64,000 bases of DNA from a virus: positions 79,337 to 143,336 of the IMG/VR virus record IMGVR_UViG_3300017917_003893. One strand, given 5' to 3'. The notes below the pieces were generated by a model. That model was not told the origin of the DNA, did not search any database, and worked only from the letters and a program-made list of their open reading frames with translations. A program made the position numbers and the translations under genes. Positions 1 through 10,241 of the stretch are shown one piece after another. Within the stretch, counting starts at the first letter, position 1. Every line of letters starts with the position of its first letter.

Positions 1-274
1 TAGCATCAACATTAGAAAACGTCACATTAAGATTCATGTCTATGTTAAGAAAGTTTTCCAATTCACTCCAAGGTATACATATGTCTATATCATCATCCCA
101 AGGTATAAATCCGCCGTGTCTTATAGATCCAATTAGTGTTCCATATCCTAACCAGTATGTTATATTGTTTTTTTCTAACTCATATATTAAGTCTTTGAGT
201 ATTCTCAAAGACTCTCTTTGTCTATTCACTAAATCAAAATCACATATTTCCTCAAGTTTAGTATTTATGTTCAT
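1..274 (-). CDS. LicD-family phosphotransferase (runs off window start; not in ORF track)
   Basis: Manual translation from ATG at 274 gives ...YWLGYGTLIGSIRHGGFIPWDDDIDICIP, the LicD signature GTLxGxxRHxGFIPWDDDxD; overlaps the tagD stop. Confidence 0.9.
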   Translation of the reverse strand, partial: MNINTKLEEICDFDLVNRQRESLRILKDLIYELEKNNITYWLGYGTLIGSIRHGGFIPWDDDIDICIPWSELENFLNIDMNLNVTFSNVDA

Positions 275-645
275 AGTATTTTTTTAATTTCCGTTGAACT
301 TACATTTTCAGTTCTTTTTAAGTAGATAACTTTACAGTTTAAGTCATCAAATTTGCCTTTCCAATCATCCCCAATTACAAATATGTCAATTTTGTAATTC
401 TCTATGTCTGTATTTTTTTGTTGCCAGTTTTCTTCCGGTATTATCTCATCAATATATTTGATTGATTCTAACCACTCTTTTCTTTTATCATAGTTGAACT
501 TACTTTCTTTACCTTTTATTCTATTAAAGTTATCAGTTGATAGTCCAACAATAAGATAATCACCTAGTTCTTTAGATCTTCTCAAAAGTTCTAAATGACC
601 ATAATGAAATGTGTCAAAAGTTCCATACGTTATTACTTTAGTCAT
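271..645 (-). CDS. tagD: Glycerol-3-phosphate cytidylyltransferase
   Basis: GTFDTFHYGH (HxGH), GDDW and RTENVSST motifs. Confidence 0.9.
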   Translation of the reverse strand: MTKVITYGTFDTFHYGHLELLRRSKELGDYLIVGLSTDNFNRIKGKESKFNYDKRKEWLESIKYIDEIIPEENWQQKNTDIENYKIDIFVIGDDWKGKFDDLNCKVIYLKRTENVSSTEIKKIL

Positions 646-3600
646 TGATTGAATCTACTTTTTTAAGTTTATCTGAAATAATATTAAATTTCAAATTCTC
701 TATTATTTCAAAATCTTGAATATCTCTGTTGTCAATTAAACCATCTCTACTTTCAAACTCATTCATATCAAGTCTTTTTACTTCATAGAAACAAGGTTTT
801 TCATATCTCATTGATATTGATGTGTTTGCGTATTCTCTGTCAATATATTCACACCTTTCAGCATCTACCCATTTAACACCTTTCAATAAACTAAAAGATC
901 TATACTCATCATAATATGAATCTGTGTTTATATACATTTCATTATCTTGTGTTATAAAAAGAGTTTCTCCGCTAAACCAAAGGGAAAACTTATCATCTCT
1001 ATTAGAGATATCAAATTCTTTAATCATATCTGATAGATTTTTCCTGTTTGCTATAAAATCCGCATCCCATTTTATAATTGTTGATTTTGTTGCTTTGCTT
1101 AAACAGAAATTATAATAACTTGATAAGCTGTTTCCTACTATCTTAATGTTTTTTGTATAATTTGGACCAGCTTTCGGTACCTCCTTGGTGTATTTGAATA
1201 CCTTTATGTTTTCGTATTTTTTACTTAGTTCAAATGCTATTTCATATGTTTTATCTGTTGATAAATGATCTACAAATATTACCTCATCGGCTATGTCAAC
1301 TATAGATGTTAGACATTGTTCTACATTTTTTTCTTCATTTCTTGCTCTTATTATAAAGCTAGTTCCTTTTTTATAACCACCATATAAGTAATCAAGATAG
1401 TATTTACATTTCTCGTAACTTCTGTTGTATTTTATCTGGTCTTTTATTTTGTTTTTATCTAAAACACCAATTTTGTAAAGTTTTTTTATTTCATTAACAA
1501 ATATTATAATTTCGCCATCTCTGAATCTATTAAAAATGCAGTTATCTTTATCATTTATGTCAAATGATTTTCTTTGATTTATGTTTACAACAGAACCATA
1601 ATTATTTAAAACCATTGGTATTTCACCATGTGATGGATAAACACAATGAACTCCACAAGTCATTTGTTCAAGAAGTGATATTGGTAAGCCTTCACTGGGT
1701 GATGTGTTTAGTGATATACTAAAAGTAGATATGTATTTGTAAACATCACTGTTATTAACATAACCTGTTATTATAACTTTATCTTCTAAGCCTAAATCTT
1801 TAATATAATCTAAAACTTCTTTTTTATAAGGTAGTGCTTCCGTTGTTTTTGGTGCATCACCTACAATTAAGAGTTTGGCATTTTCAATATTTAATTCACT
1901 TAGTATTCTTATTGAATCAAGTATATTTTTATCAGGTGATATTCTGGTCACCATTCCTATTACAAAATCATCGTCTTTTATTCCAATTTTATTTTTGATT
2001 TCAGTATTGTCAAAATTTTGTATGCTGTTATCTATTGATTTATAATCTATAAAATTAGGAATAGTTATTATTCTTGTATTGCAAACTCCTTTTTTATTAA
2101 ACTCATCTCTTATTTTGTCATGTATCACTACATACTTGTCTGTTATCTCGTCATATTCAAATATAGAGTTAACTACCCATTCTATATCAGAATGGGCAAT
2201 TGTGTAGTATTTAAAGTCTCTTAGTTCTTTGAGAGTTTTTATGTGTGGCGTTATTCCGAAATAGTTACAATTGTAAACTATTTCACAGTCATTTGATAGA
2301 TTGTATAGTATGTCTATTAGTATATTGATATCAATATCATATAGCTTTGAATAATACAAATCAACATCAAGATCTTTTATTTTATTAAAAAACATTCCTT
2401 TGTCTGCTGATAGTACAACCGGATGATATCCAAGTTCTTTACAAGCTTTTATATGTTGATAGGATACATATTCGGCACCACCTATGTCATTTAGATACAT
2501 TAAAAATAGTATCTTCTTGCCACCTTTATTTGATGATATATTAATAACCTCAAAGTGATTTGAATTCTCATCTAAAGGCTTATTATATTTATTTATTTCA
2601 TTAGATTTTTTTTCACCTTGTAAAAGAATATCTACAAACTTCTCAGTTTTTCTTCCTGTCCAGTTTTGATTAGTTGGTCCTAAGTGAACAACATAAGTGT
2701 CTAATTCTTTTTTAGATTTAAACATGTCTCTAAACTCTAAGTCACTAAAACTAGCATCATTATAATTTTCAGGAAAAATATTTCTTTTGTTAAAGTTTCT
2801 AATATTAAATAGATGAAAAAAACCATAACCCTTAGCCCTTTCCATATTACCAACGTTTTCACCATTTTTCCACTTTAAAAAATCATCATGATTATCTACA
2901 ACAAGTCTTTTTGAAATAAAAAGATCTTTATATGTTAGATTTGTCGAATTTACTACATCTAAAAAATCATCTTTTAAATAAATATCAGCATCTAAAAGTA
3001 GTATCCAATCTGGATTTTGAATCGTTTTTATTCCATCATTTATGGCTTTACCTTTGTTAAATACAGCTCCGTTTTCGTAAATTCTACTAGATATTACACA
3101 ATTTACTCCAAATGATTCACAAATTTTTTGACACTCAGTATCTTTTTCGGTTGTTACTACAGTAACTTTTATTTCTTTAGGTATATTACTCAGAGTTATA
3201 GGTAGTATATCATTATAGTCTACCGAAACCATAATAATATCTATTTTTGGTATTTTTTTATCTTCTTTTTTCTTAGATAGATAATTGCTAATTCTCTCTT
3301 TGTTTTTTAAGGATATCTTTGGTCTATTAATTACCATTTGTGTGTTATCCTCTTTAGTCCAAATATTTTTTTTATTAACTATTATTTTATTATTTGTTTC
3401 AAATGATTCAAAAATAGAATTAACATCTTGATTGTTATTAAATTGGTAGTTTCTATTAAATATGTAATAGTCTTCAGATTTTATAACACTTTTAAAATTT
3501 TTGTCAATGTGTATTAGACTATTGTTAAATATTGCAAATGGGTTGGCAAATATGAAAACTTCATCATTATAAATTCTTTTACAGTATTCAATTATTTCTT

Positions 3601-3787
3601 TATCTGTGTAGCCATTTTTAACAACTAAATTAACTTTATTGTTTTTTGGTAATACAATATTTGTATTATTATAAAAAACAACTATGTTGCTAATAAATCC
3701 AACGTCAGAGTTTTTCAGTAAGCATTCCATTAAATCTTTTTGAAATGCTTCGTTTAATAGCGGTGTTAATTTATTTATTAGAATCAT
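638..3787 (-). CDS. Multidomain glycosyltransferase (GT2-like + GT4 + GT2-like)
   Basis: FNKGKAIN...WILLLDADI (GT-A); GGAE...RISPDKN...EGLPISLLE (GT4); IIRARNEE...VDHLSTD...WDAD (GT2). Confidence 0.85.
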   Translation of the reverse strand: MILINKLTPLLNEAFQKDLMECLLKNSDVGFISNIVVFYNNTNIVLPKNNKVNLVVKNGYTDKEIIEYCKRIYNDEVFIFANPFAIFNNSLIHIDKNFKSVIKSEDYYIFNRNYQFNNNQDVNSIFESFETNNKIIVNKKNIWTKEDNTQMVINRPKISLKNKERISNYLSKKKEDKKIPKIDIIMVSVDYNDILPITLSNIPKEIKVTVVTTEKDTECQKICESFGVNCVISSRIYENGAVFNKGKAINDGIKTIQNPDWILLLDADIYLKDDFLDVVNSTNLTYKDLFISKRLVVDNHDDFLKWKNGENVGNMERAKGYGFFHLFNIRNFNKRNIFPENYNDASFSDLEFRDMFKSKKELDTYVVHLGPTNQNWTGRKTEKFVDILLQGEKKSNEINKYNKPLDENSNHFEVINISSNKGGKKILFLMYLNDIGGAEYVSYQHIKACKELGYHPVVLSADKGMFFNKIKDLDVDLYYSKLYDIDINILIDILYNLSNDCEIVYNCNYFGITPHIKTLKELRDFKYYTIAHSDIEWVVNSIFEYDEITDKYVVIHDKIRDEFNKKGVCNTRIITIPNFIDYKSIDNSIQNFDNTEIKNKIGIKDDDFVIGMVTRISPDKNILDSIRILSELNIENAKLLIVGDAPKTTEALPYKKEVLDYIKDLGLEDKVIITGYVNNSDVYKYISTFSISLNTSPSEGLPISLLEQMTCGVHCVYPSHGEIPMVLNNYGSVVNINQRKSFDINDKDNCIFNRFRDGEIIIFVNEIKKLYKIGVLDKNKIKDQIKYNRSYEKCKYYLDYLYGGYKKGTSFIIRARNEEKNVEQCLTSIVDIADEVIFVDHLSTDKTYEIAFELSKKYENIKVFKYTKEVPKAGPNYTKNIKIVGNSLSSYYNFCLSKATKSTIIKWDADFIANRKNLSDMIKEFDISNRDDKFSLWFSGETLFITQDNEMYINTDSYYDEYRSFSLLKGVKWVDAERCEYIDREYANTSISMRYEKPCFYEVKRLDMNEFESRDGLIDNRDIQDFEIIENLKFNIISDKLKKVDSIND

Positions 3788-3824
3788 AGTTTATATATAA
3801 AGAAACTTTGTTTTTGTCACAAAA

Positions 3825-4226
3825 ATGAGAAAAAAGATAGGAAGAACTGAAATTATATCATTACCTGATTTTGGAATATTCGGGTTATCAGCAAAAGTTG
3901 ACACCGGGGCCTATGGTGTAGCTTTACATGTTGATACTATAAAAATAGATAATGATAAGCTTTACTTTACTATTGATAATAAAGAGTTTATATATGACAA
4001 GTTTAAAATGGTGTCCGTTAAAAGTTCTTTTGGTAAAGTTCAAAAAAGATTTTCTATTATGACTAAAATATTAATCGGTGACAAGATATATAAATTTTAT
4101 GTATCTTTGACCAATAGAAAGAACATGAGATATCCTATTCTAATAGGTAGAAGATTTTTGTATAAATTTGACTATTTAGTAGATGTTAAGAAAAAGAATA
4201 TAAATGATACAGTTAAAAAGATGTAA
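3825..4226 (+). CDS. Retropepsin-like aspartic protease (RimK-associated 'Zn protease' family)
   Basis: AKVDTGA and LTNRKNMRYPILIGR motifs. Confidence 0.8.
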   Translation: MRKKIGRTEIISLPDFGIFGLSAKVDTGAYGVALHVDTIKIDNDKLYFTIDNKEFIYDKFKMVSVKSSFGKVQKRFSIMTKILIGDKIYKFYVSLTNRKNMRYPILIGRRFLYKFDYLVDVKKKNINDTVKKM

Positions 4227-4743
4227 TTATATTACGGGTGATCCAAATGAATTAGGATTTGCTGTTTCTGATATCGTTAAGTTTCTTGAAACTGATGGTA
4301 GAAATGCTCTATTGTTTACTCCACCAAGAGCTACAACTGAAGATAAAAAAGGAGTTTCTACATCTATAAAATATATTTTTAGTAATCAATTCACTTTTGA
4401 TAATTTTAATCAGTTTTCAGAGATAATTGCCAATAGGTCTAATTTATTTAGAGTTGATTTATTAGTCTTTGATTTTTATCACCTTTCTCCTTGGCAAATT
4501 TCTGATTATAAGAAATTAATAGATGAATTAAATATAGACCATATTATAATAGCCAAAGAATATCATTACAAAACTTCTGATGATGTTAATGATTTTCGTG
4601 TTAGAAGAGAATACAAAGACCTAAATAAAAGTGAAACTCACATAACTGATAATATAAATAAGTGGACTTCTACACTTAAATCTTTATCTGTATCTTATAT
4701 AAGAGATAAAAAAATCGACAATATATTTGGTAGTGATGAATAG
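4204..4743 (+). CDS. Hypothetical protein, possibly degenerate RecA-like fold, with C-terminal RDKKIDNIF tag
   Basis: VDLLVFD Walker-B-like strand; C-terminal motif. Confidence 0.55.
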   Translation: MIQLKRCNYITGDPNELGFAVSDIVKFLETDGRNALLFTPPRATTEDKKGVSTSIKYIFSNQFTFDNFNQFSEIIANRSNLFRVDLLVFDFYHLSPWQISDYKKLIDELNIDHIIIAKEYHYKTSDDVNDFRVRREYKDLNKSETHITDNINKWTSTLKSLSVSYIRDKKIDNIFGSDE

Positions 4744-4749
4744 TATTAC

Positions 4750-4757
4750 TATATTTG
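4750..4757 (+). promoter_or_regulatory. Bacteroidota-type -7 promoter element TAnnTTTG
   Basis: TATATTTG upstream of the 4786 ORF. Confidence 0.55.
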
Positions 4758-4785
4758 CTTCATTAGCAATATAATATAAATATTA

Positions 4786-5886
4786 ATGAGAATTAGAAGA
4801 AAGTTTCTACAACTTACACGGTATACATATCCTTATGGTACCGAATCATTCCTTAAATCATACTTACCTGAAGGTATTAAAAAAGACCAATATGGTAACT
4901 ATTACTATGTTATTGGTGATAAACCAACAACAATGTTTACCTGTCACTTAGATACGGCTTGTGGTAAACAAGATAAGGTTAAACACGTTATTAATAATAA
5001 CATAATTAAGACAGATGGTAAAACTATACTTGGTGCTGATGATAAGGCAGGTATGGTTGTTTTGCTTTATATGATTGAAAATAAAATACCTGGACTATAT
5101 TATTTCTTTATTGGTGAAGAAGTTGGTTGTATAGGTTCTGGTAATTTATCATCTACTTGGGCTGATACTGAATTTAGTTATTATGTATCAAAAGTTGTTT
5201 CATTTGACAGAAGAAGTACTTGTTCTGTTATCACTCATCAATGGTATGGTCGTTGTTGCTCTAATGAATTTGCTGAAGAATTGTCAAGTAGACTAAATGG
5301 TGCTGGTTTTAATCTTAAATTAAAGCCAGATGATACTGGTGTTCTAACAGATTCTGCTCAATTTATGGATATTGTTCCAGAGTGTACAAATATATCAGTT
5401 GGTTACAATTATGAACACACAACATCTGAATATCAAGATATTGATTATTTAAGTAGACTATGTAAGTCAGTGTGTTTAATTGACTGGGAAACACTTCCTG
5501 TTGAAAGAGATCCCTATGAAGAATCTATTTTTAGTGATTCACCAGGTTGGGATGATGATATTAATCACTCAAATGATTCTGAATTTGTAGAAGATTTCTA
5601 TTCTTATTTTTCAGTAGATGGTGAGACTAAAAAGATGTATATTTCCAAGGATGTGATTACTAAAGAAATTGAATTAATTACTGATTGGCTCAAATCACAA
5701 GATGGATATAGTGATGTTTCAACTATTAACTGGAATGGAAATACTCTTTATGTCGATAGTGAGTCCGGTGGTTATAATTTTATAGGTAGTCGAACTGATA
5801 TTATGGAGTTTATTACTGAATTATGTTCAGTTTCCAATTCAAAAGTAACTGATAAAATTAAGACCAAGAAGAATATGGTTTTTTAA
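4786..5886 (+). CDS. M28/M20-family zinc metallopeptidase
   Basis: HLDT, GADDKAG, GEE, SFDR and EH metal-ligand motifs. Confidence 0.8.
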   Translation: MRIRRKFLQLTRYTYPYGTESFLKSYLPEGIKKDQYGNYYYVIGDKPTTMFTCHLDTACGKQDKVKHVINNNIIKTDGKTILGADDKAGMVVLLYMIENKIPGLYYFFIGEEVGCIGSGNLSSTWADTEFSYYVSKVVSFDRRSTCSVITHQWYGRCCSNEFAEELSSRLNGAGFNLKLKPDDTGVLTDSAQFMDIVPECTNISVGYNYEHTTSEYQDIDYLSRLCKSVCLIDWETLPVERDPYEESIFSDSPGWDDDINHSNDSEFVEDFYSYFSVDGETKKMYISKDVITKEIELITDWLKSQDGYSDVSTINWNGNTLYVDSESGGYNFIGSRTDIMEFITELCSVSNSKVTDKIKTKKNMVF

Positions 5887-6047
5887 GACAATCTTGGTTT
5901 TTTATATGAGTCCTGAGAAACTATCTCTAGCATTTGTCTAGTTGATAGTTCTTTTGGATTCCATCCTTTTTTTCTTGAATATTGATGGATGAATTTTTCT
6001 CTAAGCAGAGAAACTTCTTCTTTTGTGAGTCTTATTTTATTGTTCAT
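5883..6047 (-). CDS. Small hypothetical protein (54 aa, not in ORF track)
   Basis: MNNKIRLTKEEVSLLREKF...KKPRLS; start overlaps the stop of 6044..6472. Confidence 0.6.
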   Translation of the reverse strand: MNNKIRLTKEEVSLLREKFIHQYSRKKGWNPKELSTRQMLEIVSQDSYKKPRLS

Positions 6048-6472
6048 AGTATAAATAAATAGATAAATATTTGAAGTAGTAAACCAACTGACATTCCAAT
6101 TGTTCTTCTTTTATATGTAGTTAATAGAGAAAATGGTGGAAATGTTTTTGATTCATCTGACCATCTTTTAGGATATAAGTTACTATCAAGTTTATTTCTT
6201 GTGTAGTAATAAGTTCCATTGTGAAAGAAAGGAAACATTATAACCATACAAAACAAACTTAAAAGTGAGTAGGTCCCTAATGTGTAAAAAAGAAATCCGC
6301 TGGTTAGCAGTAAAACAAGTAATCTTTGTAAATTAAATATTCTATTTAAGTTAAAATCACAAACTCTTTTACTTTTATTTTCATAGTTCCAGTAAAAACC
6401 TTCTCTAATACCTTCAGTTAGTGAGTATCCTATCCAGATAATATTTGTTATTAATAATGTTAATAGAATCAT
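6044..6472 (-). CDS. Membrane protein
   Basis: 3-4 hydrophobic segments; TAATATATA box upstream. Confidence 0.7.
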   Translation of the reverse strand: MILLTLLITNIIWIGYSLTEGIREGFYWNYENKSKRVCDFNLNRIFNLQRLLVLLLTSGFLFYTLGTYSLLSLFCMVIMFPFFHNGTYYYTRNKLDSNLYPKRWSDESKTFPPFSLLTTYKRRTIGMSVGLLLQIFIYLFIL

Positions 6473-6511
6473 TGTTTTTCGCTATTTTTTGTATATATTA
6501 ATTTTTTATAG

Positions 6512-6519
6512 TATCTTTG
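6512..6519 (+). promoter_or_regulatory. TAnnTTTG promoter element 4 nt before ATG
   Basis: TATCTTTG-ttct-ATG(6524). Confidence 0.6.
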
Positions 6520-6523
6520 TTCT

Positions 6524-6997
6524 ATGTTAGAAATGAAAGGTATATTAGAATTTGACCCAGTTAACGTAACTAGGAAGCACTTAGCACAGTCTTCTTGGAA
6601 GAGAACTGCTATGGTTCGTTTTGATTGTGACCTTTGGGCATACTACGCTTGGTTTATTGAAAGACGATTCAACTTAAAGTTAAATAAACCTTTAAGAGGA
6701 ACTCACTTGACTGTCATCAATGATAGATTTGAAAGTGATGAGCTTTACGCACAAGCCCGTCAATTATTTCACGGTAAAGAAATTACTGTAAAATATGATC
6801 CTACTCTTATTCGTGCTAATAATAAAGGTCACTGGTGGATAAATGCGGATAGTGATGATGCTAGAAATATCAGAAGTGTTATTGGATTAGATCCTAATCC
6901 TTACTTTGGCTACCACATCACTATTGGTTTGGCTACTCACTTACAATTAGAACACTCTAAATACATCTTAGACCAATGTATAAGATTCAATCTTTAA
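6524..6997 (+). CDS. 2H phosphoesterase superfamily protein
   Basis: Two HxT motifs (THLTVI, YHITIG). Confidence 0.7.
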   Translation: MLEMKGILEFDPVNVTRKHLAQSSWKRTAMVRFDCDLWAYYAWFIERRFNLKLNKPLRGTHLTVINDRFESDELYAQARQLFHGKEITVKYDPTLIRANNKGHWWINADSDDARNIRSVIGLDPNPYFGYHITIGLATHLQLEHSKYILDQCIRFNL

Positions 6998-7467
6998 TAG
7001 ACCATATTGAGAAAGTATATGGATTTGAAATTGTCCCTTGTTCAATACCAAGGGGCAATTTTCAATATTTTAAAAGATATATCTACCTATTTATACTTCA
7101 TAAAGTAAGTGAAAAGTTATTTTACTTTTTAAGAGATAAAGTCTCACCTATTAAATATTTAGATGAAAGACCGGATAAAGAACTTTGGTTTCGTAAAAGA
7201 AACTCAGAGGGTAGAGTATCTATTGAAGTTGAAATAAGACCAGTTCCTGTTGAAGCTTGTATTTATTTAAGTCATGATTCTGGTTTATTTAAGACTATGG
7301 ATGAAAACTATAAAGTTAAAATATATTGTCAACTTAGTGATGTTGAACATATATCATTTCCATTAAATCACATCAACGGTAATGAACAGATTGATTATTA
7401 CTTTTCTAAAATTAATGAACTTAAAGAAGAGTTGAGAAATTATAAATTAAATAATATTTTAAAGTGA
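6976..7467 (+). CDS. Hypothetical protein with C-terminal RNYKLNNILK tag
   Basis: ORF in operon; C-terminal motif. Confidence 0.65.
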   Translation: MYKIQSLIDHIEKVYGFEIVPCSIPRGNFQYFKRYIYLFILHKVSEKLFYFLRDKVSPIKYLDERPDKELWFRKRNSEGRVSIEVEIRPVPVEACIYLSHDSGLFKTMDENYKVKIYCQLSDVEHISFPLNHINGNEQIDYYFSKINELKEELRNYKLNNILK

Positions 7468-7650
7468 TTTATTTTTCTTAAACTTAAATAGTTTAAATTT
7501 TCTTCTTTTCTTCTTCTTTTCTTCTTTCTTTGTAACTGATTTACTATAAAGACTGTCTATACTTGAGGTTATTTTTTTATCTATAACAATGTTTTCTTTT
7601 TCACATGAAGTAAGCAATAAAGTAAGTAGTATTATTATAAAAAATCTCAT
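7459..7650 (-). CDS. Small basic lipoprotein
   Basis: Signal peptide with LLTSC lipobox; Lys-rich C-terminus. Confidence 0.6.
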   Translation of the reverse strand: MRFFIIILLTLLLTSCEKENIVIDKKITSSIDSLYSKSVTKKEEKKKKRRKFKLFKFKKNKSL

Positions 7651-7718
7651 AATTCTTATATTTAATTTAGTGGTAAAGGTTCTTAAACTAGATTATATAT
7701 TAGACATATAATGATTAT

Positions 7719-8069
7719 ATGGATGATTTTTTTGATAGCTTTAAGGGTAAACCTAAATACGACCATAAAGTGAGAGTAGTTCACTTTAAAAAAGAACCAT
7801 ATGACATTTACATTGGTCGTCTTCCGAATGGAAAATATAATAAGTGGGCTTATCCAAAAGAGTTAAGAGAAAGTTTTCCAGAAGGCACACCAAGAAAAGT
7901 TATTGTTGATGCTTATGAAGAATATCTTACTAATAATGAAGAATTGATGAATTCACTTTGTGAGTTAAAAGATAAAGTTCTTGGTTGTTGGTGTAAAAAT
8001 CTAGGTGGTGGTGGAAAGTCATGTCACGGTGATATTTTAGTTAAGTGGGTTAAGAAAACTTGTAATTAA
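7719..8069 (+). CDS. DUF4326-like protein
   Basis: YDIYIGR, LGCWCK and CHGDIL motifs. Confidence 0.8.
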   Translation: MDDFFDSFKGKPKYDHKVRVVHFKKEPYDIYIGRLPNGKYNKWAYPKELRESFPEGTPRKVIVDAYEEYLTNNEELMNSLCELKDKVLGCWCKNLGGGGKSCHGDILVKWVKKTCN

Positions 8070-8099
8070 TTTTTTATATAACCTACATAATTTAATAAT

Positions 8100-8885
8100 A
8101 TGCCAGAACTTGCAGAAATAAAAATAATGTCAGATTACATCAACGAAAATTGTAAAAATAAAACTTTTACAAAAGCATATCACGTTGAAAAAGGCAACAA
8201 TCCTGTTGACTTTAATTTAATTGAAAACTTTAATGTTGAAGCCGAATCCAACGGTAAAGAACTCATAGTCAAAATGTATCATGATGATACATGTATTAAT
8301 CTATCAGTTTTTATGGGTATGTCTGGTAATTGGTTATTTACTCCAACTGAAACTTGGTCAGAAAGAAAATTCACAAGATTTAGATTAGATACAACTGATG
8401 GCAATTCACTACTTCTTTATGGTCTTTATATGGGTCCTAAATATAGAGTAGGTGGATTTACAGGAGTTAAAAGAGGCGTAGATCCTACAAAAGATTTTGA
8501 AGCATTTAAGAATACTGTTTTAGATAATCTAGATAAGAAGATATTTGATAAACCTATCTGTGAGGCACTATTAGACCAAAAGTATTTTAATGGAATTGGC
8601 AACTATCTTAGAAGTACTATTCTTTATTATTTAGATGTTAATCCATTTGAAACCGCTAGAACAGTCATTAAATCAAATACACAAGTTTTAGATATGTGTA
8701 GAGATATTCCTATGAAAGCATATGAACTAAACGGTGGTCAACTACAAGACTGGAAAAATCCATTTGATACTGATTATGAAGAATTTCAAAAATGGGTTTT
8801 TTATCAAAAAGGAATTTCTTGTAAAGATAAAACAGGTAGAACCTTTTGGTATAATGAAAAATGGAAAGAATATTGTCCTTACTAA
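8100..8885 (+). CDS. Fpg/Nei DNA glycosylase/AP lyase, NEIL1-like
   Basis: N-terminal MPELAE; GKEL; GMSG; H2TH LLDQKYFNGIGNYLR; zincless-finger-like DKTGRTFWY. Confidence 0.85.
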   Translation: MPELAEIKIMSDYINENCKNKTFTKAYHVEKGNNPVDFNLIENFNVEAESNGKELIVKMYHDDTCINLSVFMGMSGNWLFTPTETWSERKFTRFRLDTTDGNSLLLYGLYMGPKYRVGGFTGVKRGVDPTKDFEAFKNTVLDNLDKKIFDKPICEALLDQKYFNGIGNYLRSTILYYLDVNPFETARTVIKSNTQVLDMCRDIPMKAYELNGGQLQDWKNPFDTDYEEFQKWVFYQKGISCKDKTGRTFWYNEKWKEYCPY

Positions 8886-8915
8886 ACCATATTTAATTTA
8901 TTTATATAATGTATA

Positions 8916-9398
8916 GTGTTTGATTTAAATTTTAATACTATACATGGTGATGATAAAACTGGTAGAACTAGATTTCTACTAGAGTTATCGTCTATTTTAA
9001 AATCATATGGTTTTAAAATATTCTTTTTAGGATGTACAAGTGAATTTGAAAACGCAAAAAGAAGTGGTGATTTATCTTCTTTTGATGACTTTAGAATAAT
9101 ATCAACAAGTGATGATTTTAATAATCTAAAAATAATTGAAGTTATAAATGAAATAACTGATACAAAAAGTTATGATTATCTAATAGTAGATGATATTGAT
9201 TATTTATCAGATAACTGTATAAATTCAATAATTAAAACAAAAGTTAAAAAAGTTATTACTTGTTTAAGTGATAATAAAAAAAGATTACCAGAAAGTTCAA
9301 CATTTTATAATATCACTGATATTAAAGATATGACTAAGATTAATGATTATATTAAAACTTTAGTCAGAGACCAAAAAATTAATTCTATACTTAAATGA
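8916..9398 (+). CDS. Degenerate P-loop NTPase-like protein with C-terminal RDQKINSILK tag
   Basis: IHGDDKTGRT (Walker A with R for K); YLIVDD Walker B. Confidence 0.6.
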   Translation: MFDLNFNTIHGDDKTGRTRFLLELSSILKSYGFKIFFLGCTSEFENAKRSGDLSSFDDFRIISTSDDFNNLKIIEVINEITDTKSYDYLIVDDIDYLSDNCINSIIKTKVKKVITCLSDNKKRLPESSTFYNITDIKDMTKINDYIKTLVRDQKINSILK

Positions 9399-10228
9399 TA
9401 AAAGCAGACAAGTACTATATAGACAATCTAAAAAGAATAGTCTATGGTGACGGAACTTGGGATGAAAATCCTAGACCAAAATATGCAGATGGTCAACCGG
9501 GTCACAGTAAATTTATAACTCAAATTTTTGAAGAGTATGATATCTCAAAAGGTGAGTTTCCAATTACGACATTAAGAAATACAGCAATAAAAACAGGTAT
9601 CAAAGAAGTTCTTTGGATTTATCAAAGACAATCTAACTCACTATCTGTGGCTCGTGAAATGGGTATTAATTGGTGGGATGAATGGAATGTTGGTGATGAT
9701 ACAATTGGTCAAAGATATGGAGCCACTATTAAAAGATATGACTTAATTGATAAGTTACTTCATAACCTAAAGTATGATCCATTTGGTAGAAGACATATTA
9801 TGAATATGTATCAATATGCTGACTTAGAAGAGACTAATGGTTTATTTCCTTGTGCCTTTGAGACTATGTGGTCTGTTAGAAGAGTAGATGATGATTTTTA
9901 TTTAGACTTGACACTTAATCAAAGAAGTAATGATTACATCATGGCTGGTTATATAAACAAAGTTCAATATGTGGCTTTACAAATGATGATAGCTTCTCAT
10001 TTAGAGTATAAAGTAGGTAAGTTTTGTCATTTTGTTCAGAACCTTCATGTTTATGATAGACATTTTGATGCTGCATCTGAATTATTGAATAGAATGCCAT
10101 TAGATAAACAACCAAGGATTGAGTTGGTATCTAATAAATCTTTCTATGAATTTACAGTAGATGATTTCAGAATTATTGATACTGATGGAATTAAGAAAAT
10201 AGAAAGTAAGCTAGAGATAGCTATATAA
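9395..10228 (+). CDS. thyA: Thymidylate synthase
   Basis: LFPCAF catalytic Cys, QRSND, NLHVYDRH. Confidence 0.95.
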   Translation: MIKADKYYIDNLKRIVYGDGTWDENPRPKYADGQPGHSKFITQIFEEYDISKGEFPITTLRNTAIKTGIKEVLWIYQRQSNSLSVAREMGINWWDEWNVGDDTIGQRYGATIKRYDLIDKLLHNLKYDPFGRRHIMNMYQYADLEETNGLFPCAFETMWSVRRVDDDFYLDLTLNQRSNDYIMAGYINKVQYVALQMMIASHLEYKVGKFCHFVQNLHVYDRHFDAASELLNRMPLDKQPRIELVSNKSFYEFTVDDFRIIDTDGIKKIESKLEIAI

Positions 10229-10241
10229 AATAATTATTGAT

